The position numbers and the translations under genes were made by a program. From positions 34,163 through 70,415 of the forward strand of contig JBBIIG010000018.1 of NCBI GenBank assembly GCA_037446635.1: a DNA stretch of 36,253 nt, in the 5' to 3' direction. This DNA is from a bacterium (lineage in GTDB: Bacteria; Zhuqueibacterota; Zhuqueibacteria; Oceanimicrobiales; Oceanimicrobiaceae). Below are positions 9,547-18,652 of this stretch, piece after piece. The notes under the pieces are model-generated. The model saw only the letters and a program-made list of their open reading frames with translations, was not told where the DNA came from and did no database searches. Numbering within the stretch: the stretch's first letter is position 1; each line of letters opens with the position of its first letter.

Positions 9547-10546
9547 AGGTGTGCGCCATCACATCAAGCTGGCGCAAAAACGGCTCCTTTTTGCCGCCGG
9601 GAAATAATACCGCCACATCGATCATATAAACTCTTCCGGAAGGCGCGTCATAAAAACTGTAACTGCGAAACGGCCCCCCCAGAACTTTTTGTTCGTTTTC
9701 CCAAAGGCCTTCGAGCAGCAAAGCGCGGCGGCCGAGAAAATCCACCGTGTCCGTCTTGGTGTATTGCTGATTGATGACGTCGCCTTCGTAGAACTTGGTC
9801 GTCAAACGGTTGCGGGTCTGAATGGCCCACTCCGGCGTGATGATCGCGCTATCGCCGTCGTCGATCCAGTGCACAAACAGCCAGCGTTCGCGCCCGGGGA
9901 GACTGCGGCGCAGCATCACGAAGCGCTCTTGCAGGCGCTCGATATTGATGATGTAATCGTGCTGAATGCGCACCATCCAGCCAAATTTTTCGAGAAGCTC
10001 CTTTTCCATCTCGACTTGCTCTAACTTGCTGTACATTTCAGTTAGGGTTTCATCGTCCAGCTTCTTTTTAAAAAGATTGTAGAGGTAATCGCGATTGTCG
10101 AGCAGCTTTTCCTGCAGCTCCTCAAGTGTGTTGCTGACCAGCACCACCAACAATTGATTCTCGGCCCATTGATCGGGCTTCGGAAATACAAACGCGCTGC
10201 CCTCCGCCACGCGCTCTTTCACTTCCGAAGACAGCCCGACCTTCGCGATCACACCGCCTGGTGATTGCAACGCGCCCGCCAAAACTAAATTCTTTTTGCG
10301 GGCATGCTCCCCAAAATTGTCCGGTGAAACCCAAATTAGCTCAAAAAGATATTCCGGCTGCGGGGTGATGATAACTTTCTGAAACACCTCTTTCAGCGTC
10401 GGCTCCAAAACCGCCCAATCGGTGGAATCAGCGATGACATAAATATTGGCGCCGTCGCCCTGACTCTCCGGCTTTCCGAAACAACCGGCTAAAATCAGCG
10501 CCAACAAGATAGTCTGGGTTTTAAAAAACTTTTTAAGGGGCTTCAT
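9494..10546 (-). CDS. DUF4837-like lipoprotein
   Basis: Lipobox ILAGC; TPQPEYLF, DQWAENQL, GLWE...GGPFRSY and P...K...LRQL motifs as recalled for DUF4837. Confidence 0.75.
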   Translation of the reverse strand: MKPLKKFFKTQTILLALILAGCFGKPESQGDGANIYVIADSTDWAVLEPTLKEVFQKVIITPQPEYLFELIWVSPDNFGEHARKKNLVLAGALQSPGGVIAKVGLSSEVKERVAEGSAFVFPKPDQWAENQLLVVLVSNTLEELQEKLLDNRDYLYNLFKKKLDDETLTEMYSKLEQVEMEKELLEKFGWMVRIQHDYIINIERLQERFVMLRRSLPGRERWLFVHWIDDGDSAIITPEWAIQTRNRLTTKFYEGDVINQQYTKTDTVDFLGRRALLLEGLWENEQKVLGGPFRSYSFYDAPSGRVYMIDVAVLFPGGKKEPFLRQLDVMAHTFKTAQEAAAAVGSEASR

Positions 10547-11477
10547 TTTTGACTCTCTTTCTCAAGAAATAAAGAATGGCCGATCCCCGCCGGTTTGCCA
10601 TTGCAGCGACCAGCAGCGAGGCGCCCGCGATCAGCAGGGCGCGCAGTCCGAACATCAAGTTGAAAAATTTTGCCCGCGGCGGCGCGGCAACCAGTGGCTC
10701 GCTCATCAGGCAATTATACACTGTGTCGAGTATCATGGGCCGAATCTTAAACACCTCCAGATCCGCTTCCGCCGCGGCGCGCGCCAAGGTGTCCGGCGTG
10801 AAGTGGCTGAGGTGGCGCGGGGCATCCAAAGCAACCCAGCCGCTGCTGTAAAAACGCGCATCCACACTTTCGATATTCGGACAAGCTATCAAAATCACAC
10901 CATCATCTTTGAGAATTTTGCGCGCGATTTTGAGCGTCGCAAGCGGATCGTGCACGTGCTCCAAAACATGCCAGAAGGTGATGACATCGAACTGCTCCGC
11001 CGCAAAATCGGCTTCAAGCAAATCAGCGGCGGCGGTTTCGAGGCCGTAGTTTTTGTGTGCAAACTCTGCCGCGCGCGTGCTGGTTTCAATGCCGGAAGCC
11101 TGCCAGCCGCGCCGCTGCATTTCGTGCAGAAACTCGCCGGTGCCGCAGCCGACATCAAGTATTTTTCCCCGCCCTTTCAATTTCTCGATCTTTCGTCTTT
11201 TGCTGCGCACGTTCACTTGCCGCGCCAAATCATAAATTCGATCTCCCAAACTACGCCGCGGCTGCGCTGACAAAAACGGTTGATACGCGGCGTCTTGGTA
11301 AGCCTCGGCGACGGCGTCGATTTTGGGCCGCGGATTCAAAAAGACAAAACCGCACCGCGCGCACGCCACAATTTGATAGCGAATTTCGGACTGCAAATTG
11401 AAGCGATCCGGCGCCGCCAATTTCGGCGCACAGCGGACGTGCCCACAGAGCAGGCAAGCAGTGGTTTCAAACTCGAT
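10533..11477 (-). CDS. Class I SAM-dependent methyltransferase with N-terminal zinc knuckle
   Basis: ILDVGCGTGEFL, FDVITFWHVLEHV and LDAPRHLSHF motifs. The open frame extends past the ORF-track TTG (11420) to include CLLC, pairing with CARC; putative ATC start at 11477. Confidence 0.85.
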   Translation of the reverse strand: MEFETTACLLCGHVRCAPKLAAPDRFNLQSEIRYQIVACARCGFVFLNPRPKIDAVAEAYQDAAYQPFLSAQPRRSLGDRIYDLARQVNVRSKRRKIEKLKGRGKILDVGCGTGEFLHEMQRRGWQASGIETSTRAAEFAHKNYGLETAAADLLEADFAAEQFDVITFWHVLEHVHDPLATLKIARKILKDDGVILIACPNIESVDARFYSSGWVALDAPRHLSHFTPDTLARAAAEADLEVFKIRPMILDTVYNCLMSEPLVAAPPRAKFFNLMFGLRALLIAGASLLVAAMANRRGSAILYFLRKRVKNEAP

Positions 11478-11566
11478 AGCAGTCTCCGCTTGAGTTTACT
11501 GATCTGGTTACTACGCAGAGCGGTTAGGAACCAGCGTAGGAGCGCGTGCCTTCACTTCTCCCGCCT

Positions 11567-11746
11567 TCGTTGGGGCTGTCCAAAAAAGGCAGAAAAATGT
11601 CATTGCGAGGAGCGTTAGCGACGAAGCAATCCCACAATTTGCGCACCTGTCTGCACAGGCAGGCAGAATCAGAAGATTGCTTCGCTTCGCTCGCCTATCT
11701 GCCACAGGCAGGCAATGACAGGTACCTTTTTGGACAGCCCCAACGA
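11567..11746. mobile_element. MITE-like composite palindromic element with 20-bp perfect terminal inverted repeats
   Basis: TCGTTGGGGCTGTCCAAAAA at 11567-11586 and its exact reverse complement at 11727-11746. Contains an inner TGTCATTGCGAG...GAAGCAATC / GATTGCTTCG...CAATGACA palindrome and two CCTRTCTGC..CAGGCAGG units. Confidence 0.7.
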
Positions 11747-11784
11747 GATGGGCTCCGCTTTGAGTGGCACAGCAGAGCTTTGCG

Positions 11785-12849
11785 TTACGGGTTCAAATCT
11801 TGAAAGCGGCGAATCCCGCGAACAAAATAAGCCCATACGATACTGCCGCGATACATTTTTAAAATAATCTCGCGGTCCGGAAGTTGACGACATCCCTGCG
11901 CTGCTTTCCTTCGCTGACAAATGCGCTTGGCGTTGGTGATGACAAAGAACAGCGCCGCTAAAACCGCTTTCGCGCGCACCCAGTCCCGCCGCGGCAGCGC
12001 AGCACAAAACGTTATCAACTCAAAAAAGATACGAAGCGGAACGATCCAAAGCAAATTTTTTGGCTGATAATTTTTCAGAATCATGACAAGGTTGTTGCGG
12101 TGATTGAGAAAAAGCTTCTGGTAGGAATCGGGGCGGAGGGTAGCGCCGGCGCGGTGGTAAACCCGCGCCTGCGGAACGGCGACGACGCGCCAGCCCGCCA
12201 GTTGCAGCCGCCAGCAGAGATCGATTTCTTCCATGTGGGCGAAGAACTTTTCATCGAAGCCGCCCACCTGTTCGAGAGCGGATTTGCGCATAAACAGCGC
12301 TGCGCCGGAGGCCCAAAAAATATCGCCGCCGGCGTCGTACTGCCCCTGGTCTTTTTCGCAGGAGAAAAAAATGCGGCCGCGGCAAAAGGGATATCCAAAG
12401 ATATCCATCTCGCCGCCCGCCGCGCCGGCGTAATCGAATTTGCTTTTATCGTAAATGGAGAGCAACTTGGGCTGGCAGGCAGCAATGCGAGGATCGCTTT
12501 CGCCGGCTGCGACCAACAACGACAGCCACTGGGGCTCGACTTCGGTGTCGTTATTTAAAAACACCACGTACGAGCCGTGGGCCTGCCGCAGACCGGAATG
12601 GCAGCCGCCGGCGTAGCCGAGATTCTCGGAATTTCGAATCACGCAAATCTCGGGATGGCGGCGCGCCGCCGCTTCGGCGCTGCCGTCGCGGGAGCCGTTG
12701 TCCACCACGATGATTTCTTTGTTGGCGTAAGCCGTCGAAGCCAACGAGGTGAGACAGCGTTCGAGAATCTCTTCGCCGTTAAAATGGGGAATGACGATAG
12801 AAACCAGCGGCGGCATGACCAGGTCATCACGGAGATGAAATGGGTCCAC
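11785..12849 (-). CDS. GT2 family glycosyltransferase
   Basis: VSIVIPHFNG, VVDNGSRDGS, FLNNDTEV, FWASGAA and FFAHMEEIDLCWRL motifs. True start may be ATG 12816. Confidence 0.9.
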   Translation of the reverse strand: MDPFHLRDDLVMPPLVSIVIPHFNGEEILERCLTSLASTAYANKEIIVVDNGSRDGSAEAAARRHPEICVIRNSENLGYAGGCHSGLRQAHGSYVVFLNNDTEVEPQWLSLLVAAGESDPRIAACQPKLLSIYDKSKFDYAGAAGGEMDIFGYPFCRGRIFFSCEKDQGQYDAGGDIFWASGAALFMRKSALEQVGGFDEKFFAHMEEIDLCWRLQLAGWRVVAVPQARVYHRAGATLRPDSYQKLFLNHRNNLVMILKNYQPKNLLWIVPLRIFFELITFCAALPRRDWVRAKAVLAALFFVITNAKRICQRRKAAQGCRQLPDREIILKMYRGSIVWAYFVRGIRRFQDLNP

Positions 12850-15594
12850 TTACGGCTTTGAGCCGGGCTGGCCGTCCGCGGGCGGCGCCACGTTTTTCAA
12901 CGAATCGCTTGAGCGCAACAATTTTTGCAAACGGGCGTGCTCTGCTCTGGCTTCGACATCGGCTGGGTTTCGCTGCAGCCACTTATCCAGCACCTCCGAA
13001 GCTTTCGCATACTGTTGATTGCGAGTATAGTGCCCCATCAGCCAGCCATAGGCTTCGGTGGTTTGTGGCGCCTCATTCAAAACGGCCACCGCCAGAGACT
13101 CGGCTTTGGCGCTGTCTTGCAAAAACTGATAGTAGTATTGCGCCAGAAAAACTTTTTCCGCCGGCTCTAAATGATAAAGCTCGGGGATCTGTTCGAGGCG
13201 GCGGCGCAATTCTTGCAGGCGGCCGGCGTCGGCGTACATGCGGCCAAACTGAATCGACAATTGCCAATTGCGCAGCGGCACCACTTCTTCCGGCATCACT
13301 TCGTTCATTTTATCCAACACGGCCAGGGCCTTTTTATTGTAAGTGGTGTCGGACATGGCTAAAATTTGATAATGATTGGTGAGCCGCAAAAATGCCGAGC
13401 GATAATTTTGCAGCAGGCCGAGGATGTTGTCATTGTAATAAACGTCCGGATTGTCGAGGTTGCGGTACTGGAATTTTTCAAACAAATTGACTTGCAATTT
13501 TTGCGGCGAAATGAAATCGCGGGGGCCGCCGTAGGGCATCACCCGAAACGCCAGGCCGTCCATGCGCAGGTAGTTCTCCTGGCCTTTGACGTTGCGGCGA
13601 TTATCGAGGTTGAGCATATTTTCCGGCGAGACGGTCACCGCGAAATAGATCGGTTTCTCAAATTTATTGGCGGCAATGATGTGCAGCACCATGCGATCCT
13701 GCGTCAGCAGCACTGGGTGGCCGCCGGCCAGTACTTTGGTGTGCGCCAATTCAAAGGAGATGGCAGGTTTTTCCGGCACCTCTTCTGGTTTAAGTTTAGC
13801 GTTGTCTTCGGCCTTTTGCAAACTCTCCAAAAGCTTTTGTCGCGGCACCTCAATTTTCAGGGGTTTGGGCTCCGGCCACAAAATGGCTTGCAATCCCTCG
13901 ATTTCGCGATCGCTAAAACTGATGGGCACTTTGGGCTCTTCGTCCCGCAACTGTTTGATATACCAGTCGGTGTTGAGCAGGCTCAGGTTCACCACCCGCA
14001 CATCCCGGCGGATGTTATAAACATACTGCAAAAACCACAAGGGGAAGGTGTCGTTATCGCCATTGGTGAAGAGGACAGCATTGGGTTCGCAGGTTTGCAG
14101 AATGTTGTACGAATAATCGTAGGCCACAAAGTTGCCGGTGCGATCATGCTCGTGATAATTGAAAGCGATCATTTTGTAGGGCACGGCAACAAACAACAGA
14201 ACAATGGTGAGAGCCACGGCGATTTTGCGCAAGGCCATACTGCGGGTAAATGAAGAATAGATCAACTCCATCACCGCGCTGGCGCCAATGCCAATCCACA
14301 AAGCGAACGCAAAGAACGAAGCCACGTATGCATAATCACGCTCGCGCGGCTGCGGGTCTTCCTGATTGAGATAAATCGCAATAGCCACGCCAGTCATAAT
14401 GAACAACGCCAGAATCGACAATGCGCGCTTCCAATCGCGGTTGAAATGATGGAACATGCCAATCAGCCCAACGATGAAAGGTAGCCCCATCAACCCGCGC
14501 GGCGAGAGGGTTTCCACAATGTAGTTGTCTTCGCCGATGGTGGTGCCTTTGCCGATGAATTGCCAGCCGAAATAGCGGATGTACATTTTTTTGATTTGAT
14601 ATTCCCACAAGGGCGCGCGGCGTTCGGTGAGCGGAATGTCGCCGTACTGCTCGCGGTTGAGGTAACTCACCAGCCGCTCCGGCACGCTGGGATCGTTTTC
14701 ATTGATCGCGGGGTGCAAGTTGGAGCGAATGTAAATGGCCGTGTAAGTGGAATAACCGACGACGACCAGCATAAGACTCATCAACACCAGGCTGAGAATG
14801 CGCTGCTGATTTTTAATGGCATAATAAATTCCAAACAAGATCACCAACACCAATCCGGCGAGCGCCACAAACGATAACTCCAAAACCCAGGGGATACCTT
14901 TGACAATGCCTGGATAAATCGCTCCGAATGCGACCACCATGGCAATGGCGGCAATCGTGAAGGACGAGAGGTTGAATTCGTATTTCTTGAAATAGATGAT
15001 CAAACCCACAGTGAACAGCGCGAGTACGTTCAAAAGATGAACACCGGTGGCGAGCCCCATCAAATAAACAATTAGCAGAATAATGTGATCGCTGGCCGGG
15101 GTCTCCGCCTTTTCCGACCAGACTAAAATCAACCACACGACAATGGCGGTGAAGAACATCGACACGGCATATACTTCCGCCTCAACGGCGTTGAACCAAA
15201 AGGAATCGGAAAACGCGAACGCCAGCGCGCCGATGATACCGCCGGTGTACATGATGATCTTCTGCGCGATGGTTTGAGGAATGCCGCGCCACTCCCGCAG
15301 CAAACGCACGATGATCAAATATGTGAACATCACCGTGAAGGCGCTGACGATCACCGAGAGAATGTTGACGCGCAAGCCAATGTCATCGAAAAAGGGCAGC
15401 ATGGTGAAGATGCGCCCGACTAAAATATACAGCGGCGCCCCCGGCGGATGCGGCACGCCGAGGATGTAGGCGCAAGTGATGAATTCACCGCAGTCCCAGT
15501 ACGAAGTGGTGGGCGCCACCGTGCGGCCGTAAACGATCAGCGCAATCAAAAAAATGATCGCGGCGATAATGCGGTTGAGTTTGTTATGCTCCAT
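12850..15594 (-). CDS. DUF2723 / TMEM260-like multi-pass GT-C glycosyltransferase with C-terminal TPR-like tail
   Basis: APTTSYWDCGEFI, GVPHPPGAPLY, FWFNAVEAEVYA, LVSYLNREQYG, PRERDYAY and FTNGDNDTFPLW motifs. Confidence 0.88.
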   Translation of the reverse strand: MEHNKLNRIIAAIIFLIALIVYGRTVAPTTSYWDCGEFITCAYILGVPHPPGAPLYILVGRIFTMLPFFDDIGLRVNILSVIVSAFTVMFTYLIIVRLLREWRGIPQTIAQKIIMYTGGIIGALAFAFSDSFWFNAVEAEVYAVSMFFTAIVVWLILVWSEKAETPASDHIILLIVYLMGLATGVHLLNVLALFTVGLIIYFKKYEFNLSSFTIAAIAMVVAFGAIYPGIVKGIPWVLELSFVALAGLVLVILFGIYYAIKNQQRILSLVLMSLMLVVVGYSTYTAIYIRSNLHPAINENDPSVPERLVSYLNREQYGDIPLTERRAPLWEYQIKKMYIRYFGWQFIGKGTTIGEDNYIVETLSPRGLMGLPFIVGLIGMFHHFNRDWKRALSILALFIMTGVAIAIYLNQEDPQPRERDYAYVASFFAFALWIGIGASAVMELIYSSFTRSMALRKIAVALTIVLLFVAVPYKMIAFNYHEHDRTGNFVAYDYSYNILQTCEPNAVLFTNGDNDTFPLWFLQYVYNIRRDVRVVNLSLLNTDWYIKQLRDEEPKVPISFSDREIEGLQAILWPEPKPLKIEVPRQKLLESLQKAEDNAKLKPEEVPEKPAISFELAHTKVLAGGHPVLLTQDRMVLHIIAANKFEKPIYFAVTVSPENMLNLDNRRNVKGQENYLRMDGLAFRVMPYGGPRDFISPQKLQVNLFEKFQYRNLDNPDVYYNDNILGLLQNYRSAFLRLTNHYQILAMSDTTYNKKALAVLDKMNEVMPEEVVPLRNWQLSIQFGRMYADAGRLQELRRRLEQIPELYHLEPAEKVFLAQYYYQFLQDSAKAESLAVAVLNEAPQTTEAYGWLMGHYTRNQQYAKASEVLDKWLQRNPADVEARAEHARLQKLLRSSDSLKNVAPPADGQPGSKP

Positions 15595-15636
15595 AAAATG
15601 GTTCTTCCTCCGTTAGGAAAATTCGATGTTAATTGT

Positions 15637-15705
15637 CGGAGTACCAAAGCTTTAGCTTGACTGAGTTGGCGGCCAAACTTGGCCAAACTAAAGTTTGGCA
15701 CTCCG
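15637..15705. repeat. REP-like imperfect palindrome
   Basis: CGGAGTACCAAAGCTTTAGCTTG ... CAAACTAAAGTTTGGCACTCCG immediately after the recG stop. Confidence 0.6.
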
Positions 15706-15706
15706 T

Positions 15707-17809
15707 CTACCCCACCCGCGCCAATTCCACTTTGTCATGATACTCCTTAAAAAAATTAACGCGCGACGGCAGGCTTTCCCAATGCTCGAGTTGGCGATCG
15801 CGGCGGGCAAACTCAAACGCCTCGTCGCGGGCTTTCAGCAACAGCTCGGTGTCTTTGATCAAATCCGCGATGCGCAACTGCGGCAGACCGTGCTGCCTGG
15901 TGCCAAAAAATTCGCCCGGGCCGCGGAGCTGCAAATCCACTTCGGCAATCTTGAAGCCATCGTTGGTTTTGGCGACGGTGTCGAGTCGAATTCGCGCTTC
16001 GGCCGAGACGGGTGATTTGGCAATCAAAAAGCAGTACGATTTTTTGGTGCCGCGGCCGACTCGCCCTCGCAGTTGATGAAGCTGCGGCAAACCAAAACGC
16101 TCGGCATTTTCGATGATCATGATGGTGGCGTTGGGCACGTCCACGCCAACTTCGATGACCGTCGTACTCACCAAAACCTGAATGGTTCCCGCTTTGAAAT
16201 CGGCCATCACCTGCTCTTTGTCTGCGCTTTTCATGCGGCCGTGCAGCAGGCCAATTTTGAAATTTGATAAGATGCCGCTCTTCAAATTTTCATAATTCTC
16301 GATGGCGGCTTTCAAATCAATTTTCTCAGATTCTTCAATGAGCGGGAACACGATGTAAACCTGATCGCCGCTTTGCAATCGATTTTTAACAAAGTTATAA
16401 ATCTCATTGCGCTTGCTTTCGCTGCGCCACACAGTTTTGACTGGCTGGCGTCCCGGCGGCAGCTCGTCCAAAATCGAGACATCGAGATCGCCGTACAATG
16501 TCAGCGACAGCGTGCGCGGGATTGGCGTCGCGGTCATCACCAGCACGTCCGGGTTTAGTCCCTTCTCCATCAAAACCGCGCGCTGCATCACGCCGAAACG
16601 GTGCTGCTCGTCGATGATCGCCAGCCCGAGTTTTTTGAACTCCACGCCCTCTTGAATGAGCGCGTGCGTGCCAATGACGATGCCCGCTTCGCCGCTTTTG
16701 ATCATCTCCAAAATTTCCGTGCGCTCGTTTTTTTTCTGCGCGCCGATCAGCAGCGCCACCTTCACGCCTAAATCTTCCAACATTTTGTGAATGGTGAGAA
16801 AGTGCTGCTCAGCAAGAATTTCCGTGGGCGCCATCAACGCGGACTGGTAGCCGTTTTCGAGGGCCATCATCATCGCAATCAAAGCGACGATGGTTTTGCC
16901 CGCCCCGACGTCGCCTTGCAGCAGCCGGTTCATCGGCGTGTCCTTTTTCATGTCGTCGCTGATTTCCCGAATCACCCGCTTTTGCGCTTCCGTCAACTCA
17001 AACGGCAGCGACTCGATGAGCCGGCGGGTGCGCTCGCCCACCTTTAGGAACTCGATACCTTTGCGGGTGAGTTCGACGCTGCGCCGGCGATAGGCCAACA
17101 TCAATTCCAGAAAGAAAAGCTCGTCGAATTTTAAGCGTCGTCGCGCCCCCGCCAGCAATTTTTTCTCTTTTGGGAAATGAACGTTCTCAATGGCCGCTTT
17201 CAACGGCAACAAATGCTGGCGTTTCAAAATGTCCGCCGGCAGCGTTTCCTGCAATTGGCTGGCGTAACTTTTTAAGCCGCTGCGGATGATTCGCCGGAAG
17301 CCGCGGCTATCCAATCCAACTCTTGAAAGACTTTCAGAAGAAGGATAAAGCGGAATGATGCGGCCGGTGTGCAGAAAATCCGGTTCGCCTTCGTCGGAGA
17401 GGCGATCGAATTCTGGGTGCACCATTTGAAAATTGCCGAAGAAACCGACTTTGCCGCTGAAGGCAACGGTTTCGCCCTGCTCAAAAATCTTGTTCCAGTA
17501 TTCCATGCGATTGAACCACACGCAGTGCATAATGCCCGTGCCATCGGAAACCGCGGCGATGAAGCGGCTCTTGCGCCCGCGTTTCACGCCGCAGAATTCG
17601 ATTTTGCCAACCACGGTGGCCATCATGCCTTCTTTCAAATCCTTGATTGCGGTAATGTGACTGCGATCTAAATAGCGGCGGGGAAAATAGTAGAACAGGT
17701 CGAGCACGGTTTCGACTTCAACTTCTTTTAAGGCCTGAGCGCGTTTTTCGCCGATGCCTTTTAGGAATTGCACCGAGGTTTGCAAGAGATTTGAGTTTAG
17801 GTTGGCCAC
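15707..17809 (-). CDS. recG: ATP-dependent DNA helicase RecG
   Basis: LKGIG, FPRRYLDRS, RLKFDELF, MNRLLQGDVGAGKT, IIDEQHRFGV, MTATPIPRTL, QLRGRVGRG and DLQLRGPGEFFGTRQHG motifs; GTG start. Confidence 0.98.
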   Translation of the reverse strand: MANLNSNLLQTSVQFLKGIGEKRAQALKEVEVETVLDLFYYFPRRYLDRSHITAIKDLKEGMMATVVGKIEFCGVKRGRKSRFIAAVSDGTGIMHCVWFNRMEYWNKIFEQGETVAFSGKVGFFGNFQMVHPEFDRLSDEGEPDFLHTGRIIPLYPSSESLSRVGLDSRGFRRIIRSGLKSYASQLQETLPADILKRQHLLPLKAAIENVHFPKEKKLLAGARRRLKFDELFFLELMLAYRRRSVELTRKGIEFLKVGERTRRLIESLPFELTEAQKRVIREISDDMKKDTPMNRLLQGDVGAGKTIVALIAMMMALENGYQSALMAPTEILAEQHFLTIHKMLEDLGVKVALLIGAQKKNERTEILEMIKSGEAGIVIGTHALIQEGVEFKKLGLAIIDEQHRFGVMQRAVLMEKGLNPDVLVMTATPIPRTLSLTLYGDLDVSILDELPPGRQPVKTVWRSESKRNEIYNFVKNRLQSGDQVYIVFPLIEESEKIDLKAAIENYENLKSGILSNFKIGLLHGRMKSADKEQVMADFKAGTIQVLVSTTVIEVGVDVPNATIMIIENAERFGLPQLHQLRGRVGRGTKKSYCFLIAKSPVSAEARIRLDTVAKTNDGFKIAEVDLQLRGPGEFFGTRQHGLPQLRIADLIKDTELLLKARDEAFEFARRDRQLEHWESLPSRVNFFKEYHDKVELARVG

Positions 17810-17811
17810 AT

Positions 17812-18018
17812 TTATGCTGGCAACGAAGCGATTTGATATTCGATTTGAGTTGGCGCCTTGACACGGCGCGAGGCATCGAGTATTTCAACCGAAACCAAAT
17901 TCCCTGAAGTATCATAATCAAGAATGACGCCGGGTTTGTCCTCATCACTTTCGTCAACTGGCGCATCCGAAAAGATGACGGTGAGAGTGTCGGTTTCCCG
18001 ATCGTAGATAACCTTCAT
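17812..18018 (-). CDS. DUF2283 domain small protein
   Basis: MKVIYDRETDTLTVIF...ESDEDKPGVILDYD..GNLVSVEILDAS pattern; GGAGG upstream of ATG 18018. Confidence 0.85.
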   Translation of the reverse strand: MKVIYDRETDTLTVIFSDAPVDESDEDKPGVILDYDTSGNLVSVEILDASRRVKAPTQIEYQIASLPA

Positions 18019-18045
18019 GAATCTAACCTCCAAAAGCAAGGGGTT

Positions 18046-18395
18046 TCACCCGCGCGCAAATCGCACCTTCTTTTCGGTGACCACAACAAACTTGCCGGAC
18101 GCCTCATGGGAATATTTTCAAGAAATCGTCTCAGCGTATCGATCTTGATTTTGGCCCTTTCATCATCAAGTCGCAAGAGAATAACCCCTCGATGGGGATA
18201 CCCCTCCCGAAAGATTTTTCTCCAAAGCCTTTATCATTCGTGATCAAAATCCAATTCTCATGAAAAGCCTTTTGAATGATCTGAACATCTTTCATCCCAC
18301 GTGCTTCTTGGTAAACCGAAAACACGTCATGATGTTCGCTCGCGCAGCCAGTCTGCAACTTCTGGCCCTGTACACTCATCCACGAGAAATCGCAT
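18046..18395 (-). pseudogene. DUF5615 family PIN-like toxin, multiply frameshifted
   Basis: Pieces in successive frames: MRFLVDECTGPEVADWLRE / HHDVFSVY...ILITNDKGFGE / FREGYPHRGVILLRL...RFLE / YSHEASGKFVVVTEKKVRFARG*. Breaks near 18335, 18217 and 18116. Confidence 0.85.
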
Positions 18396-18644
18396 TTACG
18401 CCATCTCGGATTCGAGGGGCAGAAAGGTCGTATCTTCTAAAGACTTGGTGGCGAATAACAGACACGCCTGAATATCCTCGAGTGTGAGGCCCTCATATTC
18501 CTTTAGTATTTCGTCCACCGGCTCTCCGTGAGCCAGCAAGTTTAGAATATACTCAACTGTCAGGCGCGTTCCCTTTATGACCGGTTTGCCAACCATCACT
18601 TCCGGGTCAATTGTGATTCGGTCAAGCAATTTTTTCTCATTCAT
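18396..18644 (-). CDS. DUF433 family antitoxin (VapB45-like)
   Basis: RITIDPEVMVGKPVIKGTRLTVEYIL..LA.G....EIL.EY..LT.EDI.ACL.FA motif; stop codon abuts the toxin ATG. Confidence 0.92.
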   Translation of the reverse strand: MNEKKLLDRITIDPEVMVGKPVIKGTRLTVEYILNLLAHGEPVDEILKEYEGLTLEDIQACLLFATKSLEDTTFLPLESEMA

Positions 18645-18652
18645 GGTTGCTC

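Noticed and set aside
11511..12007. Short ORFs across the palindromic element (11511-11705, 11546-11803, 11669-12007)
   Set aside because: They are translations of repeat DNA or of the GT2 3' end, with no transposase motifs.
18131..18379. 82-aa ORF treated as an independent gene
   Set aside because: It is only the middle fragment of the frameshifted DUF5615 pseudogene.
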